Positions 1 through 10,530 of a stretch of DNA of 61,005 nt are shown piece after piece. The position numbers and the translations under genes are program-made. The notes beneath the pieces are model-generated. The model made no database searches. It was given only the letters and a program-made list of their open reading frames with translations, and was not told the origin of the DNA. Positions within the stretch are counted from its first letter, which is position 1. Each line of letters begins with the position of its first letter. The stretch covers positions 1 through 61,005 of IMG/VR virus record IMGVR_UViG_3300042476_000679. One strand, 5' to 3'. The stretch comes from a virus. Lineage: Duplodnaviria; Caudoviricetes.

Positions 1-129
1 CAGTATTATTCTATATTAGTATTTTTATTTTTTTATATCATAAGTTTACCGGTAATACAGAAATGTGTTTAACTTCTTTTCAACTCACAGTATTACTGGG
101 CATTTCAGCAATTTTATATAGGAGATAGT

Positions 130-2322
130 ATGTCGGCACTTCAAGAGCTTCAAAATTATACATTCGTCAGTAAGTATGCCCGTTGGTTAGAAGATAAGCA
201 ACGTCGTGAAACATGGAAAGAAGCTGTTGATAGAGTGCGAGATATGATGCACACAAAATACGATCAATATGGTATTAAGGACGATATTGATTGGGCATAT
301 GATATTATGTATAAAAAGAAGGTTCTTGGTAGTCAAAGAGCATTGCAATTTGGTGGGGATCCTATCCTTAAAAGGAATGCTAAAATATATAACTGTACAA
401 GTTCTTATTGTGATAGGCTTAGATTTTTTCAGGAATGTTTTTGGCTATTGCTATGCGGCAGTGGCACAGGATTTAGCGTACAAAAACACCATGTTGCAAA
501 ACTGCCAACTCTAGAGCATAATCCCGACGAAGGACAAGGCACAAAATATGTGATTGACGATAGTATAGAAGGATGGTCTGATGCTCTTGGGGTTTTACTG
601 AGTAGTTATTTTAGTAAACCAGTAGAAGAATTCAAACAGTATAAGAATTGTCATATAGTTTTTGATTATTCTAATATTAGACCAAAAGGATCGTCCTTGG
701 CATCTGGTGTTGGTAAAGCCCCAGGTTATGAGCCATTAGCAAATGGTCTTGAAAAAATACGATCTTTATTAGATCGCTGTATAGCCGATGGACAAAAAAA
801 ATTACGCCCCATTGATGCTTACGATATTGTAATGCATAGTAGTGATGCTGTTCTGAGTGGTGGTGTAAGAAGATCGGCTAGTCTGGCTTTATTTAGTCCA
901 GATGACGAAGAAATGGCAAAAGCTAAAACTGGTAACTGGTACATAGATAACCCACAGAGAGCAAGAAGTAATAATTCCGCACTCCTATTAAAGAATGAAA
1001 CCACTTTTGAGGAATTTAATACTTTAATGCAATCTGTGAAAGAATTTGGAGAACCAGGATTCATTTGGAGCGAATCAACAGAAATGATTTTTAATCCATG
1101 TGTTGAAATTGGTATGTGGCCTGTTGATCAAGCCAGCGGAAAAAGCGGATGGCAAGGATGCAATTTATCCACAATTAATTGTTCGAGCGTTGCCGATGAA
1201 GAAGATTTTTATGAAAGATGTAAAGCAGCTGCAATTATTGGAACATTACAAGCTGGATTTACTAAATTAGAATATCTTGGTGAAATTAGTGAAAGAATTT
1301 TTGATAGAGAAGCCCTTTTAGGTGTCTCATTAACCGGCACAATGGAAAAGCATGAATTAGTACTAACAGAAAAAGTATTAACAAAGGGTGCAAAAATTGC
1401 AGTTGAAACCAATAAGATACTAGCTAAAAAAATTGGTATTAATCAGGCAGCAAGAGTAACTTGCTTAAAGCCAGAAGGCACCAGTAGTAGTATGTTAGGA
1501 ACAAGTTCCGGCATACATCCACATCACGCCAAGCGATACATACGTCATGTACAGGCTAACATTTTAGAAGCACCATACCAACACTTCAAAAAATTAAATC
1601 CTCAAGCATGTGAAAAGTCTAGCTGGTCAGCCAATAATACTGACGAAGTAATAAAGTTTCCTATTGAAGTACCAGACGGTGCAAAACTGAAAAATCAATT
1701 ACCAGCCATTGAAATGCTTGCAATAGTTAAAGAAACACAAAAAAACTGGGTACAGTCTGGTAAGAATAAAAATTTATGCACACAGGAATATTTGAGTCAT
1801 AATGTAAGTAATACTGTAACAGTCAAACCCGATGAGTGGGACGATGTGACCAAGTTTATATATGATAATCGTAAATACTTTGCTGGTATTAGTTTAATAC
1901 CTCAGAGCGGAGATAAAGACTATCCACAGGCGCCATTTACTACGGTTTATACTAGCCGTGAAATTGTAAAGGAATACGGAGATGCTGCATTATGGTGCTC
2001 TGGTCTAATTGAGCTTGGTTTAAATGCATTTAATAATAATCTATGGGCAGCGTGTGACTATGTTAGTATGAATTTAGCAAAATCTGATGATACTCAGGAT
2101 AAGTTGTTATTTGTTACCAAAATGAAAAATTTTGCTGGTAAATATTTTGATGGAGATACTAAACGATTAACATACTGCATGAAAGATGTTTATAATTGGA
2201 AGATTTATTGTGACCTATTCAATAGCTTTAAAAAGATTGATTATACACAACTATCAGAAACAGAGGATAATACGGCCGGGATCGAGGAAATTAGTTGTGC
2301 CGGTGGCGCGTGTCTAATTTAA
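130..2322 (+). CDS. nrdJ: Class II (adenosylcobalamin-dependent) ribonucleotide reductase, monomeric RTPR-like
   Basis: YNC, LLLCGSGTGFSV, GGVRRSA, NPCVEI (thiyl Cys), CNL, TCLKPEGT and C-terminal CAGGAC redox pair. SD GGAG at 121-124. No NrdB gene follows. Confidence 0.9.
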   Translation: MSALQELQNYTFVSKYARWLEDKQRRETWKEAVDRVRDMMHTKYDQYGIKDDIDWAYDIMYKKKVLGSQRALQFGGDPILKRNAKIYNCTSSYCDRLRFFQECFWLLLCGSGTGFSVQKHHVAKLPTLEHNPDEGQGTKYVIDDSIEGWSDALGVLLSSYFSKPVEEFKQYKNCHIVFDYSNIRPKGSSLASGVGKAPGYEPLANGLEKIRSLLDRCIADGQKKLRPIDAYDIVMHSSDAVLSGGVRRSASLALFSPDDEEMAKAKTGNWYIDNPQRARSNNSALLLKNETTFEEFNTLMQSVKEFGEPGFIWSESTEMIFNPCVEIGMWPVDQASGKSGWQGCNLSTINCSSVADEEDFYERCKAAAIIGTLQAGFTKLEYLGEISERIFDREALLGVSLTGTMEKHELVLTEKVLTKGAKIAVETNKILAKKIGINQAARVTCLKPEGTSSSMLGTSSGIHPHHAKRYIRHVQANILEAPYQHFKKLNPQACEKSSWSANNTDEVIKFPIEVPDGAKLKNQLPAIEMLAIVKETQKNWVQSGKNKNLCTQEYLSHNVSNTVTVKPDEWDDVTKFIYDNRKYFAGISLIPQSGDKDYPQAPFTTVYTSREIVKEYGDAALWCSGLIELGLNAFNNNLWAACDYVSMNLAKSDDTQDKLLFVTKMKNFAGKYFDGDTKRLTYCMKDVYNWKIYCDLFNSFKKIDYTQLSETEDNTAGIEEISCAGGACLI

Positions 2323-2344
2323 CTCTATCCATAAAGGGTCTACA

Positions 2345-3082
2345 TTGAGAAAAAAAACCAAAAATGCACAAAAAAAATCTAAATTAATTGAATTAGATAA
2401 TGAACTAAATTCATCAGGATATACAAGCTATCGAAATAGACTAAAGCCACGCACCGACAACCAAAAGGAATATATTCGTACTATAGCAGAAAACCATATT
2501 ACGTTTTGCCAAGGGGTTGCTGGTAGTGGTAAAACACATATTGCTGTGGGTATGGCATTAGAATATTTATTAGATGAAAAAATAAAAAAAATAGTTGTTA
2601 CTAGACCAGTTGTTGAGTCTGGTGAAAAAATTGGGTATTTACCAGGAACAGCCGAAGAAAAACTACATCCATATTTACTGCCTCTTCTTGACGAAATCAA
2701 TCATTTTATTTCTCCGGCACAATATGCCACACTGAAGATTAATCATAAGATAGAAATTGTACCACTAGGACTCATGAGAGGAAGAAACTTTCACGATGCC
2801 TTTATAGTAGCAGATGAGTGTCAAAATGCTTCTTATGATCAACTAAAAATGCTATTGACAAGATTGGGTATGGGCAGTAAAATGGTATTAACAGGGGATA
2901 TTAGTCAATCAGATTTAAATAGACATTTACAGGGTGGCTTTTATACCATGACTCAAGTATTAGCAAACATGGATGGAATAGGAATATCCTATTTAGATAT
3001 GAAAGATATTGTGCGTAATCCTATCATTGGAAATATCTTAGGTAGATTAGACTCTTACGAAAATGCAACAGAAACACGCTAA
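2345..3082 (+). CDS. phoH: PhoH-like ATPase
   Basis: GVAGSGKT Walker A, TRPVVE..GYLPG, MRGRNF, DECQN, TGDISQSD, DIVRNP. TTG start. Confidence 0.93.
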   Translation: MRKKTKNAQKKSKLIELDNELNSSGYTSYRNRLKPRTDNQKEYIRTIAENHITFCQGVAGSGKTHIAVGMALEYLLDEKIKKIVVTRPVVESGEKIGYLPGTAEEKLHPYLLPLLDEINHFISPAQYATLKINHKIEIVPLGLMRGRNFHDAFIVADECQNASYDQLKMLLTRLGMGSKMVLTGDISQSDLNRHLQGGFYTMTQVLANMDGIGISYLDMKDIVRNPIIGNILGRLDSYENATETR

Positions 3083-3644
3083 ATGCTTAGTGCTCAATGC
3101 TGATTATACGCCTTTGACAATTATTAATTGGCAGAGAGCACTAGTGTGGTCTATCAAACACGAATACGACAATAAGATAGGTGTCGAAATATTAGATTTT
3201 TATAAGGATGATTTTATAGTTGGATCCAATAATAGAAAACACCCAATTCCGGCAGTAGTCAAAACTGCAAAATATTTTCGTATTAATCAACACACAGTTA
3301 AGTTTTCTAGGAAAAATTTATTCATTAGAGATAACTTTACCTGTCAATATTGTAATCATAAATTTGATAATAATAGTTTAACATATGATCATGTCATTCC
3401 AAAATCTGTTTGGAATCATAATATAGGATCTCCAACATCTTGGACTAATATTGTTACTGCATGTATTGATTGTAATCGTAAAAAACGTAATCGTACACCA
3501 AAACAGGCCAATATGCCATTACAGAATTTGCCAATAGCACCACAGAAAAATCCAAAATACTTGCCTATAGTCAGCCATCTGATTAAGATAAAGTCAGACA
3601 TTCCGAAAGAATGGGAAATTTATTTGCCGGAAGCATACTTTTAA
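3063..3644 (+). CDS. HNH endonuclease
   Basis: RDNFTCQYC...DHVIPKS...NIVTACIDCNRKK, with an N-terminal VLNADYTPL motif. Confidence 0.9.
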   Translation: MQQKHAKCLVLNADYTPLTIINWQRALVWSIKHEYDNKIGVEILDFYKDDFIVGSNNRKHPIPAVVKTAKYFRINQHTVKFSRKNLFIRDNFTCQYCNHKFDNNSLTYDHVIPKSVWNHNIGSPTSWTNIVTACIDCNRKKRNRTPKQANMPLQNLPIAPQKNPKYLPIVSHLIKIKSDIPKEWEIYLPEAYF

Positions 3645-3991
3645 TGCCAACATATTCGTATTATTGTGATAGTTGCAACACGGATTTCGAGTTATTTTTT
3701 TATATCAAAGACTATATAGAAAAACCGAATTGTTCAATATGCAACAGTAAAAAGACACACAGATCTTATATTAAAGACGTATCTACTCAAAATACTTCAG
3801 TAAAAAAATCTGATACTGAATTAAAAACTATAGGCGACTTAGCAAATAGAAATAGAGACAGATTAAGCGAAGATCAAAAAATTGCTTTATATGAAAAACA
3901 CAATTCTTACAAAGACAGAACAGAAGATAAACCATTACCAAAAGGTATGAGTCGTATGAAGAAAGGGACAAAAACTATATGGCCGAGTTAA
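3644..3991 (+). CDS. FmdB-like zinc-ribbon protein
   Basis: MPTYSYYCDSC...CSIC. Start moved to the ATG at 3644, which overlaps the upstream TAA (TAATG coupling). Confidence 0.75.
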   Translation: MPTYSYYCDSCNTDFELFFYIKDYIEKPNCSICNSKKTHRSYIKDVSTQNTSVKKSDTELKTIGDLANRNRDRLSEDQKIALYEKHNSYKDRTEDKPLPKGMSRMKKGTKTIWPS

Positions 3992-4371
3992 AAAAACAAA
4001 ATTTATTTTTCCAACAAAATTCTGATCCTCCAAATAAGGTTTATGAGTTTTATACCATACTAGGAGATCATGATTTTCTAGATACTCAAAATAGACCCAG
4101 GGCCAATGAAGAAACCGGAAAAGTTGTTGCTAAAACAGTAACCACAGACAACAAGCCATCAAGGTACTATATTAAGGTTGGTACTTATGGCAAAATCTAT
4201 AATCCAATTGGACTTTATAGTGAAGGTAATAATACTAAGTTTTTATCAAAAATAGGACGTAAGCAGTTTGAATTCAAGGAAGTAAACAGTCAGATTTTTG
4301 AATTATATCTAAATTTCTTAACAACTAAAAATATTGCGTGGTTAAATAACGCTGAAAGAGAGATGAACTAA
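3979..4371 (+). CDS. Hypothetical protein
   Basis: 130-aa ORF tightly packed in the + operon. Confidence 0.7.
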   Translation: MAELKKQNLFFQQNSDPPNKVYEFYTILGDHDFLDTQNRPRANEETGKVVAKTVTTDNKPSRYYIKVGTYGKIYNPIGLYSEGNNTKFLSKIGRKQFEFKEVNSQIFELYLNFLTTKNIAWLNNAEREMN

Positions 4372-4685
4372 TGGCAAAGATAAGTAAAACTAAAGAATAT
4401 GCTATCAAATATCTGTCCACATATGGTAAAAAAGATGCTGAAGATATAGCAAAAGAATTGAAACTCTCATTAGCTGATGTTAACAAGGTATTACAGTCCT
4501 CTTGTAAAGCACCAACAAAAACAGATAAAACAAAAGACCTAATGATCAGACAAACTTCTGCTAAAAAATCCAACACAGTTAGTATCATGACAGAGGCTGC
4601 TGCTCAATTATCTGACGAATTTATTAAAAACATGGATACTCTAAGACAAAAAACACAGAACTATATTTTTAGACCAAAAAAATAA
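4371..4685 (+). CDS. Hypothetical protein, possible N-terminal HTH
   Basis: AEDIAKELKLSLADVNKVL resembles a helix-turn-helix. TAATG coupling. Confidence 0.55.
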   Translation: MAKISKTKEYAIKYLSTYGKKDAEDIAKELKLSLADVNKVLQSSCKAPTKTDKTKDLMIRQTSAKKSNTVSIMTEAAAQLSDEFIKNMDTLRQKTQNYIFRPKK

Positions 4686-4709
4686 TATTGTGTACGAATA
4701 TCTGATAAA

Positions 4710-5135
4710 ATGTCTAAGAAACAATATCCATCTAAATATTCTAATGGTAAACTAGTTACTGCCGCACAATATATCACAGAAATTATTTGTGAAAAAAGGG
4801 CAAAATCTACAAAAAAAGATTTACATTTTAGATTTTGGACAAATAAAGAATGGTCTAAATTTTATAGAGATCAAATTGCTTCTGCAAATAAGTTATTACA
4901 AAAATTTTCAGACACAGCGATCATAAGGGCGCTCAATAACTATAAAGCAGAAAAAATATATTCCCTGCGAGCACCGTTTTTGATCCCTATCATAGAGTCA
5001 GAAGAAGAAATACTCAAATCTGAAAATACAGAACTTTCTCTTAATCTTAACAGACCTGAGACTGTAACGTTTGGTATTTCTAACAAAAAACAAAATATAA
5101 TTTCTAAACTAAAGGATCTGGATAATGAGTCTTAA
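4710..5135 (+). CDS. Hypothetical protein
   Basis: 141-aa ORF overlapping the recA start. Confidence 0.7.
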   Translation: MSKKQYPSKYSNGKLVTAAQYITEIICEKRAKSTKKDLHFRFWTNKEWSKFYRDQIASANKLLQKFSDTAIIRALNNYKAEKIYSLRAPFLIPIIESEEEILKSENTELSLNLNRPETVTFGISNKKQNIISKLKDLDNES

Positions 5136-6138
5136 AGAAGATGTAGTAAAAAACTTTGGCGATAATATTATATTGACAGGGAATGCTTTAATTGATAAAA
5201 AGAGTGTAATTATTCCTGTTAGTCCTTCTTTAGACATAGTATTAAACGGTGGTATACCAGAAGGTAGTTTTGTTGTATTAACAGGACAACCCAAATGCGG
5301 CAAAACAACAACCTCCCTAGATTTTGCAGCAACCGCACAAAAACCAGAATATCAAGGAACTCTTAAAAATCCACGAGAAGTGTACTATCTAAACATTGAA
5401 GGTAGATTGAAAAAAAGAGATTTAGAAGGAATACCAGGATTACAATTAGATCGTTTTCATATTATAGGTAGTCAAGAAGGTAAAATTCTACACGCAGAAG
5501 AATATCTACAAATAGCAGAAAAAATTATTAATGAAATTCCAGGAAGCATACTAATCATAGACTCGTATTCTGCATTATGTACCGAAGCAGAAATCACAAG
5601 CGAAATGGATAAAATGCAAAGAGCAGATGGGGCAAAATTATTAGCAAAATTTTGTCGCAAGGTTGCGAATGTTATTCCTGTCAATAAAAATGTTGTTATT
5701 GGTATTACTCATTTAATGGGTAATCCTACCGGTTATGGTGCAGAATTTAAAGAAAAGAGCGGTCAAGCTATTGCTTATCAAACAGACATAAAATTACGAG
5801 CCAAAACATTTAAGCCGTGGCTACTTAGTGCAGATAGTACTCAAATAGGGCAAGAAATAGAATGGCAAGTAGTCTGCTCGGCACTTGGTCCTCCGGGTGG
5901 CAATATCACAAGTTATATACGTTATGGTCAGGGTGTTGACAAATACATGGAAGCCATTACACTTGGTTCTGACATGGGTATAATTCACAAAGGTGGTGCT
6001 TGGTATACTTTGACCTCATTAGAGGACAAGCCCAAATTTCAAGGAACAGAGAAAGTAAGACAATATTTATTAGATAATAATAAGGCATATGCTGATTTGG
6101 TAACAAGTATTAAAACCACCATGGGCATCAAATGCTAA
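5125..6138 (+). CDS. recA: RecA/UvsX-like recombinase
   Basis: SLDIVLNGGIPEG, Walker A GQPKCGKTT, Walker B IIDS, C-terminal GGAWY. Confidence 0.88.
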   Translation: MSLKEDVVKNFGDNIILTGNALIDKKSVIIPVSPSLDIVLNGGIPEGSFVVLTGQPKCGKTTTSLDFAATAQKPEYQGTLKNPREVYYLNIEGRLKKRDLEGIPGLQLDRFHIIGSQEGKILHAEEYLQIAEKIINEIPGSILIIDSYSALCTEAEITSEMDKMQRADGAKLLAKFCRKVANVIPVNKNVVIGITHLMGNPTGYGAEFKEKSGQAIAYQTDIKLRAKTFKPWLLSADSTQIGQEIEWQVVCSALGPPGGNITSYIRYGQGVDKYMEAITLGSDMGIIHKGGAWYTLTSLEDKPKFQGTEKVRQYLLDNNKAYADLVTSIKTTMGIKC

Positions 6139-6539
6139 TTAAGGATCTGGACGGAAACAGCCATAATTGGTTATTAACAGGAAATATGGCCAAGGGTAGA
6201 GTATCTAATAGATCCTCTCTTCACTTGGCTGCCAGATCAATTATTACACAAAATTATCCAACTTTACAAATATTGGAAGAGGTACCGATTCCACTAAAAA
6301 AGGGTGAAACTTTATATCTTGATTTTTATTTACCTCTTAAGAAAGTATGCGTAGAAGTTCATGGCGAGCAACATTATAAATTTGTGCCATTTTATCACAC
6401 CACCGTTTTAAATTTTCTCAAATCTCAGAAAAGAGATAGAGATAAAGAAGAGTGGTGTCAGCTTAATAATATCAAACATATTGTATTACGTTATGATGAA
6501 AACGAACAGACATGGCTAGAAAGAATCAACAATGCTTAA
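6132..6539 (+). CDS. Vsr/DUF559-like PD-(D/E)xK endonuclease
   Basis: LEEVP...LDFYLP...VEVHGEQHY...QKRDRDK. Confidence 0.75.
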   Translation: MLIKDLDGNSHNWLLTGNMAKGRVSNRSSLHLAARSIITQNYPTLQILEEVPIPLKKGETLYLDFYLPLKKVCVEVHGEQHYKFVPFYHTTVLNFLKSQKRDRDKEEWCQLNNIKHIVLRYDENEQTWLERINNA

Positions 6540-7023
6540 AACATCAAAAGAAGAAGTCAAATATTGGGATGATATATTGGATGAATATGAGAATGGTATT
6601 GGTTTGGGTAAATATTCTGATAATCATAGCTTTGTTGAAGATGAATTAAATCAATATTTTACCATGAACAGAGATGCCATAGAGAAACTCAATCCAGAAG
6701 ATTGTGCTCAAATTTCATATAGATTAGCACAATACGCTTTCTTTCTACAAAGAACATTAAATAGAGAAATAGCTAGGCATAATTGGGCCGAAGAAAATAT
6801 TAAAGAAACAATAGCTGATGAGATCAACAATTATAAAGGATACGGATTTATGGAAAAATCTCTACAGGCTATTAAACATAATGATAAGGCTAATACCCTA
6901 AATAAGATTAAAAGATATGCTCAACAACGCATGGATAGATTGTCTTATTTGGCTAATAGTGTAAAAAATCTTTCTGATATAATGCTTTCTGTTCAAAGAA
7001 CAAAGGTGAAACATGGCTCTTGA
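6532..7023 (+). CDS. Helical hypothetical protein (possible recombination mediator)
   Basis: 163-aa helical ORF between recA and dnaB. Function is inferred from position only. Confidence 0.55.
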   Translation: MLKTSKEEVKYWDDILDEYENGIGLGKYSDNHSFVEDELNQYFTMNRDAIEKLNPEDCAQISYRLAQYAFFLQRTLNREIARHNWAEENIKETIADEINNYKGYGFMEKSLQAIKHNDKANTLNKIKRYAQQRMDRLSYLANSVKNLSDIMLSVQRTKVKHGS

Positions 7024-7375
7024 TAATGATGATATAAAAGCTTTAATTGCTATTCTACAAAAGGGTTTAGAGTCTGAAGATGATTCAGACGCAGCACCCA
7101 AGACTAAGCGTACTAAAAAAACAACAAGTCCTAAAAGCACTGTAAAGAAAAAGAACTTAAATAAGTTTGAAAAAATGGCAGAATTTGCGATGTGTAAAGA
7201 AGATGTTGAAATAGACAGAAAAATTAAAAAACCACCTCCAACAGCTAGAAATAGGCCGTTCGATTATGTAAAAGTACAGTGTAGGATATGTGGTAAAAAA
7301 GATAAAATTGCACCGGCGCTTGTTGAGTCTATTGAAAGATACAAGTGCAACAAGTGTTCAACAGGAGCAGGCTGA
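7013..7375 (+). CDS. Hypothetical protein with C-terminal zinc ribbon
   Basis: CRIC...CNKC. Confidence 0.65.
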   Translation: MALDNDDIKALIAILQKGLESEDDSDAAPKTKRTKKTTSPKSTVKKKNLNKFEKMAEFAMCKEDVEIDRKIKKPPPTARNRPFDYVKVQCRICGKKDKIAPALVESIERYKCNKCSTGAG

Positions 7376-8832
7376 TGATATTGTGTGATCCCGCTGCCGA
7401 AAGAGCAGTATTGGCTGGAATTTGTACATACGGAGAAAATGCGTATTTAGATATTGCAGATATTCTTCAAGAATCTTCTTTTACTGTAGACAGCAATATC
7501 ATTATATTTAAATGTCTTAAGCATTTATGTGAAAATCATCAATTAACAATTGATATTGCATCTATATATTCTACGGCACAGGAGCTGGGTATTGCTCAAG
7601 TATTAGCAAAAAAAGAAGAAACCCAACATCTTAAAGCTATCATGGATTTTCCTGTTAGTCTTGAGAATGTAAGAAAATTTGCTGCCAAAATTCGTAAACT
7701 AGAAATTGCACGACTATTACGTAAACAGTTAGAACTTGCTCAGGATAAAATTCTTGAAGTAACAGGATCTGAGCCAATATCTTCTATAATAGGCTTGGCT
7801 GAAGATAGTATCTTTAATTTTACTTCACTATTAAACGATACAGATAATAATCCAGTTATTATTGGTTCTACAGTAGACGAATACATTAAAAATTTAGAAG
7901 AAAATAAAATAGATCAGGTTGGTATTCCAACAGGATTTCCTATTTATGATCAAGCAATTGGCGGAGGTTTAAGAAAAGGCACAATCAACGTTATTGGAGC
8001 AAGACCAAAAACCGGTAAAACACTATTATCAGATAATATGGGGCGTAATGTTGCCAAATTAGGTATTCCTGTTCTTAATATGGATACAGAAATGAACAAG
8101 GAAGACCATATCAATAGAATTTTAGCAATGATGAGCGAGATAGAAATTAATACTATCGAAACTGGTAAATTTGCCGATTCTCCAGACAAAAAGAATAAGC
8201 TAATTAAAGCGGCTGATGAACTTAAAGAACTTAAACTATATCATAAAAGTATTGCAGGTAAACCATTTGAAGATCAACTAGCCATAATGAGAAGATGGTT
8301 GGTTAAAGATGTAGGTTTAAATGATGATGGTACAGCGAAAGACTGTGTTATTTTTTATGACTATTTAAAGTTGATGGATAGTGCTGGTATATCTCAGGAC
8401 TTAAAAGAATACCAAGTCTTAGGCTTTATGATGACTAGTTTGCATAATTTTGCTGTTAGATATAAGGTTCCTATAGTAGCATTCATTCAGTTAAACCGCG
8501 ACGGCATAACCAAAGAAAGCACCGATTCTGCTAGTGGATCGGATAGAATCATTTGGCTATGTAGTAATTTTAGTATTTTCAAACGTAAAAGCGATGAAGA
8601 AATTGCAGAAGATGGCCCGGATGGTGGTAATCGTAAATTAATTCCTCTCGTCAGTAGACACGGCGGAGGATTAGATGATAACGATTATATAAACTGTCAT
8701 ATGAAGGGCTGGTGTGCCAAAATCACAGAAGGCAAAACACATCTCGAAATTAAACATAATTCCAAATCTAGCGACGAAGGCTTTATTATAGATGAAGACA
8801 ATGACGAAGAAGACCAAATCCCCTTTGAATGA
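7375..8832 (+). CDS. dnaB: Replicative DNA helicase (DnaB family)
   Basis: AERAVL N-terminus, GIPTGF, GARPKTGKT, DTEM, YDYLKLM, QLNR. Start moved to ATG 7375 (TGATG coupling). Confidence 0.92.
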   Translation: MILCDPAAERAVLAGICTYGENAYLDIADILQESSFTVDSNIIIFKCLKHLCENHQLTIDIASIYSTAQELGIAQVLAKKEETQHLKAIMDFPVSLENVRKFAAKIRKLEIARLLRKQLELAQDKILEVTGSEPISSIIGLAEDSIFNFTSLLNDTDNNPVIIGSTVDEYIKNLEENKIDQVGIPTGFPIYDQAIGGGLRKGTINVIGARPKTGKTLLSDNMGRNVAKLGIPVLNMDTEMNKEDHINRILAMMSEIEINTIETGKFADSPDKKNKLIKAADELKELKLYHKSIAGKPFEDQLAIMRRWLVKDVGLNDDGTAKDCVIFYDYLKLMDSAGISQDLKEYQVLGFMMTSLHNFAVRYKVPIVAFIQLNRDGITKESTDSASGSDRIIWLCSNFSIFKRKSDEEIAEDGPDGGNRKLIPLVSRHGGGLDDNDYINCHMKGWCAKITEGKTHLEIKHNSKSSDEGFIIDEDNDEEDQIPFE

Positions 8833-9952
8833 TCAGTTAAAACTGAAAATAATTTGCGATCAGGTTTGCGATAATATAGATGGTTTGTTGAATGCTTTAA
8901 ATGTTGAATACAAAACCAATTCTAAAATGATCATAATGGCTTGTCCCATACATGGCGGGGACAATGCTTCTGCTCTTAATTTATATCCAGAAGGAGATAC
9001 ATATAGAGGCAATTGGAAGTGTAGAACTCACAATTGTGAAAAAATCTTTAAGGGCTCTATTCTTGGTTTCATAAGGGGAGTTTTATCTCACCATAAGCAC
9101 GGATGGACAAATCCTGGTGATGATATGTGTTCATTTAATGATGCTGTTAATTATGCTTTAGGATTTATTAAACAAGATATTAAAGATATCAAAATTTCTA
9201 GAGCCGACAGAGAAAAAAAGCAATTTACCAATGTAATAAATTATATAAGTAAAAATGCAGAAATAACTAAGTCTCAGATTACTAGACAGCAAATAACCAA
9301 ATCTCTACAAATTCCTGCTCAATATTATATCAATAGGAATTATTCTACAGAGGTTTTAATAAAATATGATGTGGGATTATGCACAAATCCCGATAGAGAA
9401 ATGAGCAACAGGATAGTTGTGCCTATATATGATCATGATTATAAGTATATGATAGGGTGTACTGGCAGAAGCATTTATGAAAAATGTTCATCGTGTAAAT
9501 CATATCACCATCCAGAAAATTCTTGTCCAAAGCCTGATGAAGTATGGAAATTTCCTAAATGGAAGCACAACGCTGACTTCAAGAGTCAAAATACCCTATA
9601 TAATTTCTGGTTTGCTAAAGAACACATACTAAATTCATCTACAGCAATTATAGTAGAAAGTCCTGGTAATGTATGGAGATTAGAAGAAAATGGAATACAT
9701 AATAGCGTAGCTATGTTTGGATCGTCTTTAAGCGATAGGCAAAAGATATTATTAGATTCTTCTGGAGCTATGAACCTTATTATTCTAACAGATAATGATG
9801 ATGCTGGTAGAAAAGCAGCTGAAACCATCAAACAAAAATGTCAGAATACATATAGGATTTTTGTTCCCAAGATCAGCAAACCCGATATTGGAGAAATGAA
9901 TAGCGAAGAAATCAACCAAGAAATTAAGACATATATAGAAAGTATCAAATGA
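8792..9952 (+). CDS. dnaG: DNA primase (DnaG-like; Zn finger + TOPRIM)
   Basis: CPIH...C zinc finger, RIVVPI..GR, TOPRIM IIVE and LTDNDDAG, KPDIGE. Confidence 0.85.
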   Translation: MKTMTKKTKSPLNDQLKLKIICDQVCDNIDGLLNALNVEYKTNSKMIIMACPIHGGDNASALNLYPEGDTYRGNWKCRTHNCEKIFKGSILGFIRGVLSHHKHGWTNPGDDMCSFNDAVNYALGFIKQDIKDIKISRADREKKQFTNVINYISKNAEITKSQITRQQITKSLQIPAQYYINRNYSTEVLIKYDVGLCTNPDREMSNRIVVPIYDHDYKYMIGCTGRSIYEKCSSCKSYHHPENSCPKPDEVWKFPKWKHNADFKSQNTLYNFWFAKEHILNSSTAIIVESPGNVWRLEENGIHNSVAMFGSSLSDRQKILLDSSGAMNLIILTDNDDAGRKAAETIKQKCQNTYRIFVPKISKPDIGEMNSEEINQEIKTYIESIK

Positions 9953-10530
9953 CAAAAATCGTAGCATTTGCTGGACGTAAGCAATCTGGCAAAACAACGT
10001 GTTCAGAAGCTGTATTAAAAGTTTCTCCACCCTTAAGTGCCAAGATGTATAATTTTGCAGATCCTCTCAAAAAGGATATATGTATGAATATTTTTGGCTT
10101 ATCTTATCAACAGTGCTATGGTGATGATATTGATAAAAACACTTCTACAGGATTGGTGTGGGAAGGTAAAGACTTAACAGCAAGAGAAGTAATGCAATTT
10201 GTTGGCACTGATGTGTTTCGTAAAATGAAACACGATGTATGGGCCTCTGCCACTATTAACAAAATATCTGTAGATAAACCAGATATAGCAGTAATAGCAG
10301 ATTGCCGTTTTCCTAATGAAGTACAAGCAGTAAAAGATGCTGGTGGAATAGTTATAAAACTTACACGTAATCCATATAATTCTGATCATGCTAGTGAAAC
10401 AGCATTAGATACATCAAATTATGATCCTGTTCATTTTGATTTGGTTGTGAATAATGATTCTATATCTATTGATGAACAAACATCCATAATAATACATTTT
10501 CTAGGTAAGAAAGGACTATTCCAATTATAA
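9949..10530 (+). CDS. Deoxynucleoside monophosphate kinase (T4 gp1-like)
   Basis: AGRKQSGKTT, FADPLK, REVMQFVGT, DCRFPNE, HASE. Confidence 0.85.
   Translation: MTKIVAFAGRKQSGKTTCSEAVLKVSPPLSAKMYNFADPLKKDICMNIFGLSYQQCYGDDIDKNTSTGLVWEGKDLTAREVMQFVGTDVFRKMKHDVWASATINKISVDKPDIAVIADCRFPNEVQAVKDAGGIVIKLTRNPYNSDHASETALDTSNYDPVHFDLVVNNDSISIDEQTSIIIHFLGKKGLFQL

Noticed and set aside
1-129. NrdR box or cobalamin riboswitch upstream of nrdJ (palindrome CAGTA-T-TACTG at 88-98)
   Set aside because: No convincing match to the NrdR consensus or B12 box, and the leader is truncated by the window edge.
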